A program made the translations under genes and the position numbers. 64,000 nucleotides of DNA from Podarcis vaucheri (taxonomy: Eukaryota): assembly GCA_965113315.1 (NCBI GenBank), contig OZ220364.1; one strand, given 5' to 3'. Positions 40,543-53,000 of the stretch are shown piece by piece; position 1 is the stretch's first letter, and the number at the start of each line of letters is the position of its first letter. Under the pieces are notes generated by a model. That model ran no database searches and was not told where the DNA came from. It was given only the letters and a program-made list of their open reading frames with translations.

Positions 40543-40881
40543 GTAAAAGCTGAACTGCGCAAGAAGTGGTCCCATTTCTTGCTGGCATCCCCCTTTGTCT
40601 GCATGCCGTGCTTTCTCGGAAAGAACATCAAGCACCTGGGGAGATGTTCCAAGAAAGAGCATTCAAACAATAATTGCTTCTCCCTGGAGGTGACTCAGCC
40701 TCAGAGCACACAAGTGGCAAAGCAGAGGACAGGCGGCAAAGTGGAGCTAAGCTTTGCATTAAAGCATATTCCCAGAGCAAGCCTCTCAGACAGCAGTGAA
40801 GGAGAAGTCACAATGGGGGAGACGACCGAAGAAGTCTTTGAAGAAAGCGAGATTTCGATTTGTAACAAAAGTAAAAACTGA
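40543..40881 (+). CDS. GLP2R: GLP2R exon 13 (helix 8 and C-terminal tail, TGA stop)
   Basis: VKAELRKKW...SLSDSSEGEVTMGETTEEVFEESEISICNKSKN*. Confidence 0.95.
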   Translation, partial: VKAELRKKWSHFLLASPFVCMPCFLGKNIKHLGRCSKKEHSNNNCFSLEVTQPQSTQVAKQRTGGKVELSFALKHIPRASLSDSSEGEVTMGETTEEVFEESEISICNKSKN

Positions 40882-41123
40882 GATACCTGATTAGATCAAT
40901 GAGGGATCTTGCGTTGTGTGCCATGTGGGAGCCACTGGAAGTATGGGGGGGGGGGAGCCCGTGAAAGAAAAAGATGAAAATAGCTTCTTAGCATTTCCCT
41001 CCAGGTTGACTCTTCCCAGGTAATTCTCCCACTCCCCGCTGCCAAAATTAAAGTCAGCCAAGCCTGGTAATTGCATGAAAATGGCTTCTCCTTGGTCCTA
41101 CAAGAACCAGATATGAAATCAGG

Positions 41124-41129
41124 AATAAA
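41124..41129 (+). terminator. Candidate GLP2R polyadenylation signal (first AATAAA after the stop)
   Basis: AATAAA about 240 nt after the stop; use is not demonstrable from sequence. Confidence 0.3.
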
Positions 41130-43677
41130 AGGAATAGACTGAGCACCTTGAAAGAGCCTGCTGTTTCCCTTAGGTTTCCCAACATTGACTGCCACTATTG
41201 GAGCCATCAATCTGATCCCATGGGATTGCTTTGCAGCGTCTCAGAAAGGACAACAATTGCTTAAGTGATACTGTTAAACAAGAAGCTGAATTCCAACAAT
41301 GACTAAATGAACAGGATTGACATTTAGGAACGTGTGCGATTGTATATATTTATAAGCACATTTTCTAAGCTTTGCTGTAAAAATTATGAAATGCTGAACG
41401 GACTTGTTTTTAGGGCACAGCCGCTAATGCATCTTTTAATACATGTAATATACAAAGTTGTGGTTCTTTCTTCCATTATCCTACCAACAGACCTGCAAAA
41501 GGAGTCATTATTACTTCCACTTTGCAAATTTATTTTAAACATCTTTATACCACCTCTTAACAGGGAGAAAACTGATATGACTGGAGATGAAAAATCTGAG
41601 AAGCTTCAAAGTCACCAGATGGAAAAAAAATGGGAGGCAGGCGGGGGCAACATTACCCAAATGCATCTATTTGTCAAACAGCCAGACAGTATGGTGTGTT
41701 TTACAAATTTAGGATGAGTTAATGAGAGAACAAGTGAATAGGTAAGCAAGCAGAAAAGGGCCAAGCTAGAATTTGCAACCAGATCCATGTAACATTTTTT
41801 CAATGTAGCGTTTTTATTTAAGAAGCAGCAGCCTGGGGAGTGAGGTGGAGGACCAAATGGGTGGTGTGCTTCCTCCTTTTACCACCAGCCATGCCTTTCC
41901 TCAGAATTCCACCAAGCTGCTTTTCTCCCCATGGAGGAGAAAATATGGGTAACCCTAGGTCCACCAGAAGCTGCTTCACACCGTCTTGAAATCACAAGCA
42001 ACTGCTAAGCTATGTACCCGCACAGCTCCAGGCCTGCTGTGCTACCTGTTGTCATTTTTATTTCACAAGCTGTTGATCTTACATGTATTTTCACAGATTT
42101 AAAAATGGGAAGCTGCCAAATTGTTTTCCTTCCTTATATATTGTACCCACTGTGAAATCCAAAGGCTGGTTTTGTCACGTGTAATTAGTTCTTAATTTAT
42201 GTGCTGCTTGATGTACAATGACTTCTAAGCAGTGTACAAGTATATTTTTAAAAATCATTGATCAAATCCATACATAACTTTGAAAGGCAAGCGTTCTCTG
42301 CAATCCCTCCTGCTGAGTCTCAGGAGGTGGCCACACCTATAGAGATGAGCCATTTTCCAATATATATATGTAGATAATAATAATCCTGAAGTAAATAAAA
42401 CTCCAGGACCTTATCAAGCAAGTTAGAGATCAACTAAAGCTATCATTCAAGAAACCTGGTTGATATACTGTCCATATCCTTGAGAGCGATAACGTGGCTT
42501 GGTAAAATGCCATTCATTCTAGACTATGCTTCTTGACAGTGGATTTTTGCGGCCATTTGTGCAATTCTTTTAAGACCAGTCATCTTTCAAAGTATATTTT
42601 ATGGTACGTATCCAGATTTCTTGCATGAGGGTTGCTATTATTTCCTTTTAAGATGTTCTGTGTTTTCAAATGTTTTGTAGGATTCCATTGACACAAAGAC
42701 CATGCCCTTTATACTGCAAAGTTAGCTCTTTTTAAAACAAAATTTCAGCTGTCTTAACCTATCTTCCTGTCTTTAATGTTCTTTCCTAGTCTCTAACAAG
42801 GACCAGGTCTTGGTAGGGAATAACACTGTGTCATTGAATGAGATGAACCTAAAATGGCCACCCAGTTGCAAACACTGCTGGATGCAATCCAGGGAAAGTT
42901 ATACTCAGATCCTACTGAAATTAATGGAACTTCTTTCCATATAATTGCACTTACACTTATGCAGCCTACATGCTAGAAAACAGCAGTTCCTCTGAGACCA
43001 GCCTGAGCACTCTGGGATTCATCGCTGTGTTGACGTGCTGAATTAATGTTTACACAAAGGAAGTTGGAGAATGCCCAGCACGTCCCTGTTCCATATCATT
43101 ATGCTGGTCAGACAACTCCCCAGATAATAAGCAAAACTTTTCCTTTTACTCTAGGAGGGAATGAGTGGTTTGTACACAAAGCCCTCTGGCACACAGCTTT
43201 TGTAAGAACACACCAAATAGGCAGGCAGTAATATTACCCAATGGACTATTACTTATTACTCTGTGTAGACATGAAGGTTGCAATGTGCTTTAATTATCAC
43301 CTGAGAGAGACAGAATAGGTAAAGATGGAATCAATTCTTGTGTTAAGATGAAAACATTGAAACATTGAAACCAAGAAAGTTTTTCCGTACATCCAAGGGG
43401 TGGAAACTTTATTTTTTAAAAATGAAAGTTGAATGCCAAGTTCTGTATCAGGTATCGAAGTTTATGACTTCAAAACAATCTTACGGATTTAGGTCTGGTT
43501 CACATGTTACATTAAGCCAAGTCATGGTTTAGCACGAATGTGCAAGCGTGAAATCTCCCAGAAAAGAGATTGCAACCACTTTGCTCCTCTCTGCTTATTT
43601 TGCTGATGAACCATGCTAATGAATTGATGTGGCGTTGTACTAACCTGGCCCGATGGTTTAGCTCTCTTCAAACTAAT

Positions 43678-44130
43678 CATGACTCCTAAGCTTACTAAGG
43701 AATCTTTGGTGAGAGGAACTTTACTAAAGCTTTTTAAAAGTCTAAGTGCACAATTTATACCAGTCACTTGTATAAATATACCAAAGTCTTGAAGAACTTT
43801 AAAAGGTTTGTGAGACAGGACTTACTTTGGAGAGGCCATTTTGATTCTTCTTCAGCAGGACTTCCTATTCTATATGCTTGATGATTTTATATTGAATCAT
43901 GCTTTCCACCAGTTTTCCTCAAACAGATGTACACTAAGAGCTTTAAATTTCCTGGAAACCTTTTAAAAAATTGGTGTTATATTGGCTACTGCCCATTCTT
44001 CTATTATGGATGCTGATGCAAGTTACTTATTTTTGTTAGAAGATAGTTCTCTCAAATATATATAAGGTTCTATCTTCACAGCCTCTTATATACATCTTTT
44101 ACCATTTTCTTTTACGTAACAAAAACCAAC
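43678..44130 (-). mobile_element. Degenerate CR1 LINE RT-region relic
   Basis: Minus strand retains VANxTPIFKKG / GKLVES / QHGF..KSCLTNL / LDFxKAFxKVPH-like coding remnants with stops and indels. Confidence 0.75.
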
Positions 44131-44564
44131 AGGGACTTTAAAAGTAAATGCCTCCAGGCATTGTGTTTGGAGGTATTTTGTGTGGGGGTTTGGAATCTGT
44201 GGAGGTAGAGGTGAGACAGTCGCCCACCTTTAGGAAATGTAATAAAATGGCATTAGAAGGGTTTAGCTATTCAGTTACAGGCTGTACCACCAGATTATTA
44301 TCTTGTAGAATATTGAAACATAATCCATAGAAGGGAATAATACGAGAACTGGACTCAGGGTCACTGACCTCACAGGCCTGATTAGAGGGGTTTTCTGTCT
44401 GAATTGTCAAATCAATGTATAAATTAAAACATGTGGAATTTTTTTTGAAAGGGAGATCATTATTTGAAAAGTAGACAGCAGATGCAGAAGATGAAAAGGT
44501 AACTGACAAAACCGTGCCAGTCTGATTAGAATGTAGAATATGTGATTGCTGGGATAAAGGGAAA

Positions 44565-45370
44565 GTGTATTATTTTGATACAAGCATTTTACAATGTTCC
44601 TCAACAAGGCTCCTGAGTAAGCTTAGTAGTCATAGAATAAAAGTATGTGGTTTCTCATGGGTTAGTAACTGGCTAAAGAATGGAAGGCAGGAGCAGATGG
44701 ACAATTCTCAACGAAGGCAAGAAAACAATAGCTGATTATCAGTACTGCATCTGGCAGGGCCAGCCCAATACTTTTTGGTACCTCAGGCAAAACCCAAAAT
44801 GGCGTCCCTCCTTGGAAGAAGGGGTGATTGCAGATTTACATCAGGGACAAGGGGGAAATCAAGATCAATGTGGGATCAGCTGCTGCTGGCGATCCTGCCG
44901 CCTGAGGCAATTGCCTCAGCTGCCCCTATCTGGTGCTATTCAGCTTGCTCATAAACAAGTCTGTGATAACCAGGGAGAAAGTGAAGGATGACATCAAATT
45001 ATTCAGGATGGGGAAAACCAAAGCAGACTACAAAAGGCTCCAAGAGGGACTTTCCAAACTAGGTAAATGTAGGGGCAGGAGGCAAATAAGATTTAATGCA
45101 AACAAGTTTCAAAGATGGGTAAAATGAGCTGACACAATAAAATTGATTAGCAAAAAAATCAAGACAAGCAAAAGGAAGTACACAACGTTAAGTTCATCTA
45201 TGGCGTTCACTGCTATGAGATGGGATGGCAAGCAGCTTAGATGGCTTTAAAAGAGATTAGACAAATTCACAGGGACCGAGGCTATCAATGTCTGACAGTC
45301 ATTCTGGCTAAGTGGAACATCCATCTTCAGCAGCACTGCGGCATGTCATAAAATGCTAGATGTTCGGGGA
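44565..45370 (+). mobile_element. Degenerate CR1 LINE relic interrupted by a short repeat (about 44755-44935)
   Basis: KAF..VP.QRLLSKLSSH, WxSNWLK and DDxKLFRM.KTKAD...LQ..LSKLG remnants, plus a CR1 3' region. Confidence 0.75.
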
Positions 45371-45377
45371 GGAAGGC

Positions 45378-45379
<2 letters not shown>

Positions 45380-45428
<49 letters not shown>

Positions 45429-45455
45429 CCTCTCTCTCTCTCTGTGTGTGTGTGT
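45380..45455. repeat. (CT)n(GT)n compound microsatellite
   Basis: Direct reading. Confidence 0.95.
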
Positions 45456-48400
45456 TGTGGGCCTGAGGGAGGCATCCGCTTGGTCACAGAGGTAAACAGG
45501 TGCTGTAACATGGGCGTCAGAAAATGGGTATCTTCCAACTCTCATCAGCTGCAGCCACTATAGCCTATAGGGAGCTGTAGTCCAATAACTGGGGGGGGGG
45601 CACAGATCCCCTGCTCCTGCTGTACTAGATAGATGATTGTGTTGATTTCATAGGGACTGGGGTTGAAGTCCAACAATCTGCAGAGGGTCACAAGCTCCAC
45701 ACTGCTACTTTAGCAGAAGCTGTTAGACTCTCTGGAGAGCTGCATTTTTGCTTTCTCATGCATCTGTAATCTTTCCCTGTTTATTGGGAGGGGTTGGAGT
45801 TGGGAAATCAAGTGACCTTATATAATCAAATCCAAGAGGCCAGGTGAAAATAATATTTTGGGCTACTTCAACTGATTGCAGACTGTACGGTAGGAAAAAA
45901 CTGCAACTGTATAAATCAGCAGTTTTAATCTTTGAAACTGCTGTTATTTATCCATGAACTAGACTGATGATGTTTATCTTGTTAGAGCGAGGGCTCCACC
46001 TATCCAAATCAAACAACCATCCATCTCATTCGTTTTTCAAGAAAATAAAATGGTGCACTCATTTTTCTTTATATCATCCCATAGCAGATATATCCTTTAA
46101 GGAAACAGGTACAAAACCAGCACATAACAGCCTCATTTTGTATTCTTTGTATGGTCAGAATTTTAGGGCGAGAAAAATTGTAGTGTCCTCTTTACTCTGA
46201 CTCATGGACTAGATACAATCTGCCCCAAGAACACTTTAGGTCTTTAAAATTGCTCTTTACTACTCAGAGCAAGAATAATAAAGAAGGGGGGGAACAACCT
46301 TGATTTTATTTGCTTTGCATATCACCTGCAAGACTTCACAAAAGGTGAATTTCCCACATGGAAGTGACTTCTGTATAGGAAACTGCATGAAGTGCCATAT
46401 ACTGTGTCATACAGGTCTTCACACAATGACCTTTATGAAACAGTACCATAGCCTTATGGAATGCAGCCCACTTTACAGCCCCAGATCCACCCAACTCTGG
46501 TGCCTTTTTATGATGTATGTAACTCTTCCAAGAGCATACATTCATGCTATCATAGGATACCACCAAAAAGGACTTCCATGGCAGGCCAAGTGACATAACA
46601 ACTGAATCCATGTAGGTAAAGCCATCATAGATACCAAATATGATACCTAAGGTAAAAGCCTTCCCATGCAACATATTACTTCAGAAAACTATTTAGTATT
46701 GTTATTTGTATTATTAAGTGTAAAAACACTTGCAAAACAAAGTGCTGTAAAATAAAAGATAATTCCTGCATAAAACTGAAATATCACACAAATTCTAAAT
46801 TTTGTACAAATTCAGGATTTGACAATTTCCCGGAGCCAATTGATGGCTCAGGAACCAAGATAACATTTTGCGAACTATATTCACAGTTTTTTTAAAAGTT
46901 CTAATTGATTGTAGTAATCAACAATCTTCTAAGCAGATACCAACAGAGTCTGATGACTTTTACTGCCTAGATCGATTAATTCAGACTGCAAAGATAAAAA
47001 ATCAGCACATAAAACTCAAAATTGCCTCATTTTGCACTCTATGTAACCTCAGGGATCTCCTCATATGAACCAACCTGGACCATGTGGCTGCATCTGAAGG
47101 GACATAGTATTTTATCTTTGACTGGGACATGGTCTCTAGGATGCTTTTGGCACCTCAAGTCTATCATTGCTATGAGGCTGCTACAATCAACATGAGGTCA
47201 CCAAGGCCAAACAAGTAAACAAATTATACTAGAAGGAGTAATTTAGGCATCCTTCCACAAACAATTCCTTAAAAGTAAGAGGCATAATCTATCTCTAATG
47301 CCAAAATCAAGTCATGGATCTGTAAACAGAGTTACAATTTATACTGAATCTTCAGAAGATGGAGCATTTGGTTTGCAAAGTTAGAAAACAGGGCACAAAT
47401 AGCCAAACTGAAGTTAGAAGTGCATACCTTAAATGACATGCATGGAAAAAGTAAAATTATTACAAACAGAAAGAAGTGTTGTCTAATTCCACAGGAATCT
47501 GCAACTTTGGTATAAACATACTGAAAGGGCTGTTTTTAAAGAAATATAAAAGCTGTCCCAGTGTACAACAGTAAATGAAAGAAGGTTCTACTCAGTACTG
47601 GTGAGGGTGAGAAGAGAATTTGCAATTACTTCTAGTAATTCCGTATATCGAGGATGATTCAAACTGGAGAACATGAATGCAGAAGAGTAATACTTTAGAC
47701 ATGTTTTGAATTCTCCTTTGTAACACTCAGAAGAGAAGCAGAGCAACCCAATATTGCAAATGTTAAAATTATCTACCTCAGGTTATTGGAAGCTTCTGGA
47801 AACATCTGTGTAGCAAATGTTTGCTGGTTGCTCTGTTGATGTAGCAGCAGCTCTATGTACAATTGCCTGGGGTCCTAGAAGCGGCCAGTGGATCTCTGGG
47901 CCCCTCAGAAAGTTTGAACCATGGGCCAGTGCCCCACTTGTCCCCACCCCACCCCACCCCCGCCGGCCTGTACTCTGGAGTCTAGTTCTAAATCACTATC
48001 TGTGACTGACCTTCAACCGTCCCAGTTCCAGTGTGGCAAATTAAGCTGCTCTTTGTCATCCTGCCTTTTTAGCTGAGCAGTTTAATAGCAAATCCTATCA
48101 GGAAGCTGTGGATGGCTTTCTGCACCTTAGGGACCAGTCTTTCCCTAGTAAATGTCTCCTACCCATCCATATCCTCAATTAGAATTCACCACATGAGTCT
48201 TGGCCATTGCAAAATGAGTTCTCCGCCCCCTGCTGTTGAACACTATTTAATGTGAATCGTGGTCACTACATGATGGCCCCCAACTGACACTGTGAATTGT
48301 AACAGACAATGAAGCCACCGGGTAAGAAACCCACTGTCAGGGTACCAATCCCCTCAGCAAATATAATAATCGGAAGAGCAATTACTCCCAGTTTTTGGAG

Positions 48401-48543
48401 GGCAGAAGACTCCTTCTTCAGACTCTCTGTTCAGAATATTTGACAAAACGCAGAGAGAGACCTCTAAGGAATTTACTTCAGAATTGCCAGTTTGGAATAA
48501 TTGGCTGTAAGCCGGAGGAAGTCTTGTGTGCACGCATACACAT

Positions 48544-48544
<1 letters not shown>

Positions 48545-48610
<66 letters not shown>
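48545..48610. repeat. (CA)n(GA)n(GACA)n compound microsatellite
   Basis: Direct reading. Confidence 0.95.
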
Positions 48611-48611
<1 letters not shown>

Positions 48612-49509
48612 TTGAACTTACCTTACATCCTTTTCTCACCGCAACTTCATAATCCATTTAATTTCAAGATAATACTCTACAGAAGCACAGCTGCTGTGTT
48701 CTTTACTGATTTGCTGCCTTATTGTTATTATTATTAAAATTTGTAAACTGTCCTATACCTGCAGGTCTCACTGTGGATGCAACATAAAAACAGGATATGA
48801 AAACACAAAATACATAACAAAAACAAAAACAACCCAGTCTGAGAAATGTCATTCCCTGTTAAACTCAGCAGGGGGGCAGACGGTGGCAAAACTAGAATAT
48901 GATGACTCTACTGGTCATTGGCTCTGGTTCCACTTACTGTCGGTCTCCTTGCTTTCCACCCGACCAGTGAATACCACAGTTTCTATGAGTAACAACTCAT
49001 ATTTCAGGCAACAATCTACCCTTAAGAATTTCTGAGGTAAAGCAGAACAAGAATACCCTCTGCTCAGCCAGCCCTTGCCTTCCTGGTTGCTCTAGAAACT
49101 GCTGCTAGTTAAAACCTACTCACAGGGCTGGTAGCAGTTTTTATTCACCCCCCCACCCCCCACCTGAAGAAACCCTAACACATTCTTAACAAGGTGGGTC
49201 TATGGAATGACTACTAAAATATCCAAAATATAGATGAAATACTAGGCAATGTATACATCAAGTATAGGTGGGTTTTGCAGATGACACTGTAATGCGAAAA
49301 GACATTGAAACATGTTTCTATGTGGCAGGAAAAGGAAGTTTTCTTTACCGTGGATTTCTGTTTTCTGAGTTTTCTGTACAATAGTTCTCAACGTTGGGGT
49401 GGCGCCTTCCCTTGGAGCATTGTAGGCAGGGTCAAGTTTTGATGAGCAAAGACGCCTTTGCAAGGAAACAGCAGTCACTTTTTAAGGTGCCAGAGATTTC
49501 AGACCAAAG

Positions 49510-49676
49510 GCTGTCTTTCCTTGGAGGTCTTTTTTAACCAAAGTTGGATGGCCATTTGTCAGGGATTCTTTAGCTGTGATTCCTGCACTGACATATTGGT
49601 GACCTGAGTGAAATAAAGCCTAGCTTCACCCCTGCCTTTAGATCCCTTCCAACTCTGCAACTCTATGATTCTATGA
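49510..49676 (+). mobile_element. CR1 3' end relic
   Basis: TTGGAGGTCTTT...TTGGATGGCCAT.TGTCAGGGAT and CCCTTCCAACTCT..ATTCTATGA tail. Confidence 0.75.
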
Positions 49677-49989
49677 CTGCAACACCTTATTTTGTGACAC
49701 CACTGGGTCAGCGTAACAGAAAAAAGGAGCTGATAGCACGCTTTCTGCTGTGTTGCAGTGTCACCACAGAAGATGGTTAAAGGGTATCGTTACAGCAATT
49801 GACTTAATAGGGTCCAAGAGGGTGTGCCTGTTCCTATTCATTGAAATATTGCCTTCTTGCATCCCGATGCATGTTAATCCTTTTCTATGTACTGATGTAC
49901 GCATGTACATAATCATGTGGATTAATTCGAGTGTGAAGTGGTCACAGAAATCCTGCTCCTTATTAGTGAAAATAACAGTTCAGCAACAC

Positions 49990-50016
49990 AGCATTTAATG
50001 GACTGTACAGTTTATT
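49990..50016 (-). terminator. Candidate distal GAS7 poly(A) site (AATAAA at 50016-50011, ATTAAA at 49999-49994)
   Basis: Minus-strand hexamers preceded by TGTA motifs and U-rich sequence and followed by GT-rich sequence. Mammalian GAS7 has a multi-kb 3' UTR. Confidence 0.4.
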
Positions 50017-53000
50017 TTACATGAGATGAGACAAAGCTTTTCAAGTGCATAATACAAACTTGCTAAAATAGAGGAAAGTACAAAGTTTATGGAAATGTTT
50101 GTACATAAGACGGGGGGGGGGAATGTATAGCAAATACCTTCAACATTTAAGGGCTAGATCTGTAAATGGGGTAAATCAGTGCAACTCCAGTGATATTAAC
50201 ATTTAGGAGACATACCTGAACTGACAACAAGGCCCTTAAATTTTAACGAGTATTTATTTACCTCTTCAGCTGCAGTGTTTTAGTCATACAATTGCATGGG
50301 ACAAAAAAGCCACATTAACAGTTTTCACAATGATTAAAGGCTCACTGCTGTTATTGATACACAGAGCTTACAGTAGAATTAAGTTTTTAAATGTCTAGTC
50401 AGCCCAAAAATCTGCAGCTAAGTATTATTACAAAGTTCAAAGCCATTACTGCTGGTAGAGGACACATTTGACTGTAAAAATTTAGAAAGTGTTTAGTAAA
50501 AGGTACAGGATAAAAAGATGAGATAAGCAATGCCATTTTTTAAAATCTCTCTTTTTTTAAAAAAAACTGTTTTGGGGAGAGCTAGTTGCTGGCCAGATCT
50601 GCCCTCCAAATCTATATCTGCAAAACTGAATTGTGCACTTTCAATTTACTCATGGATGGTAAAAAGAAATACATTGTGAATTTGCTTATCCATATAGCCT
50701 GTGATAAGCCTACAGTGTTTGGAAACACAAGTTTTGATAACAGGGAGTGTTGCTTTCATAAGGCTACTCTGACATGGGAGACACACAGTGAATTCAGATT
50801 CACTGGGAAAATAGACAACCAAATACAGGTAACAGAAATTTCAGTGTACACCAATTTTGGAAAGGAACACAAGGATATATTTGCCAGAAATCAAAGTCAA
50901 CAATCACAGTTAAGGATGTTTAAGGCTGCAATCCTATGCACATATCTTGGGAAAACTTCCTTCTGAGTAAACATGCATAAACTGCAAGCTCCATTGATTG
51001 CAACCAATTCACTTTGCTATTCATTAGATTGTAGCCACCTTCACTTCCTTGCTCTGCAATAAACATTATTGCTACTACATAGACATGATGAATTGGGTAC
51101 TCAAACACTGAAGGTAGTCCTGAGTTTTTCTGCTAACCGTATTCAATGCACATTAGGGTCAACCGATTTAAAAATATTGGCAGAGTGAAATTACTACTGT
51201 CTACAAACCCCAAACATCCAAAAGGTTCATTACAATTTCCATTAAAAGCATCCTCTTCACTTGCAATGCTTATGTAACAGAACCACTAGAGAAGAACATC
51301 AGTTTGAAACAAATGCTGCCAAACTTGGAATCGGTCTGCTTAAATGTTACTGGGCACTCGCTCAAAACTTGGCACAACCTAGGGCAAAAAAAGGCCCTGC
51401 ACCACTTTTTCAAGGAGTGTTATGTGATCTTCCACTAGCATTAATACTGTAAAAAATTCTATATTAAAAGTGGACTATATTAAGAGTGGACTATGAGCTC
51501 AGAAATGTAAAATCTAATAATCTGAGTTGGATTTGTAATCTCTAAAATATTATTTTGCTGTTGGTATTCAAAATGCCCAAACTGGTTGTGCTTTAGACTT
51601 ACAGCAAGATCTTCCTGGAGTTTGCTTGTGATAAGAGCAGCAAAGGAAAATATGCCCCCTCCCCCAATATCTCAGATTGAGTATTTGAACACAACTGAAA
51701 ATATGTCTGTTCTTTACATCCCTTCTAGATTAAAACCAATCTTATCCAATATAAGTTGGGGAATTTTTTTCTATTTCTATTTCTCTTCATTTCCAATTCT
51801 CTGTGCTTCCAAAACATTGGCCTTCCTGCCGCCGCCCCCTCCAAATAAGGTTCTTCTTAATTTTTTATTTTTATTTAGAATAAGAGCATTTAGCTAGATT
51901 TCAACAGTATTTGGCACCGTGGAGTGCATAAGGACTAAGAAAGTATCAGCAAGATATGTATCTTGCTGAAATCAATGGCATACCATTGGTTTTCTGGATC
52001 ACACCATAACCAAACCAAGACAGCTGAGCAGAGAACATATCATAGAAAGGAGCCACCATATCACAATGAATTATGTAGAACACACAGCAGAGGCTCAAGA
52101 AAGGCTTGCTGTAAAGTAAATTTCCAAGCAGTTAAAAAAAATTGTAGTTACCTAAATCGACTTTTAAAAAAAGTATCTGTACCAATCCTGATAGCAGGTG
52201 GAAGGTTTTCAGGAGGCGTAGGGACAAAACCCCAACTTAGAAATCTGACAAAAATTGTTGTCTGAAATTAGACCACAGCGAAATATTCTTAAGCATGTAT
52301 GAGTGGGCACAGAATGAATGGACATCAAACTAAACATCAGGAAGACTCACTGCCATGTAAGTTGAAGTCCCAGTCATATGGCAATGTGAAGTTTTGGGGT
52401 GCAGTATTCTTTGTTTCATAGCAATTATGGGATAAAAGAATTATTGTCTTGCTCCACAATGAACAAAGGCCGCAAGACTCTCAAAACATCACCTTAACAG
52501 ACGTACACAACCATTAGTTCTACAAACACATTGGTTGACTTATACGAAAAGTGAAGGAAACTAGAGTCACACAAAAGTCAAGCAGGAGAACCCCATGCAA
52601 GATCAGCAAAATGTAAAATACATGCAGTGCCACCTCCAGGCACAGTGTATGGTTACATAATGCTAAATGTGAGCGTGTACACTAGTCAAATTACTGGGAA
52701 CCTTTTAAGTTTTTGCCTGCCAGATGCAACTGCATGCTATGCCTTTGAGGTTTTAAAAAAATCCACTATAACACATCTTAGTTACTATGTATTGTGATTT
52801 ACGGACAGGATCTGAGAGACAACACCTTTGGTGCAAGTACTGATAGAGCACAATCAGTTCCGAGTTCATGCAACCAACAAATGTTCACTGTTGGAGACAT
52901 ACTGAGCTCAAGGTATTGGACTGGACAAAGTCTACTTATTTACACTATTCACATATCTTTATCCACATTATATACACAAGTACTGACACTCCTAAATCAA

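Larger units (their letters stand above)
12152..40881 (+). other. GLP2R: Glucagon-like peptide 2 receptor gene span (class B1 GPCR), 13 coding exons, 1569 nt CDS, 522 aa
   Basis: The exons below join in frame with GT-AG junctions. Motifs [50 protein letters not shown] and the C-terminal SEGEVTM..TEEVFEESEI typical of GLP2R. Synteny with GSG1L2 and GAS7. Confidence 0.96.

Noticed and set aside
43680-43996. Minus-strand ATG GGC AGT AGC (MGSS..) with an upstream TATA-like sequence, resembling a recoverin start
   Set aside because: Downstream sequence is recognisably CR1 reverse-transcriptase relic (VANxTPIFKKG, KSCLTNL, DFxKAF), not EF-hand.
44450-44476. Short resemblance to recoverin exon 2 start (AIFKMI)
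   Set aside because: Needs indels, lacks an AG acceptor, and similarity does not extend.
47655-47745. Minus-strand GGAGAATTC...CTCCAGTTTGAA with spacing near that of recoverin exon 3 (EF..IQFE)
   Set aside because: Intervening bases do not align and no exon 1 or 2 relic is found upstream. Compatible with chance unless a profile search supports it.
45327-48737. ERERER/SLSLSL ORFs
   Set aside because: Translations of dinucleotide microsatellites.
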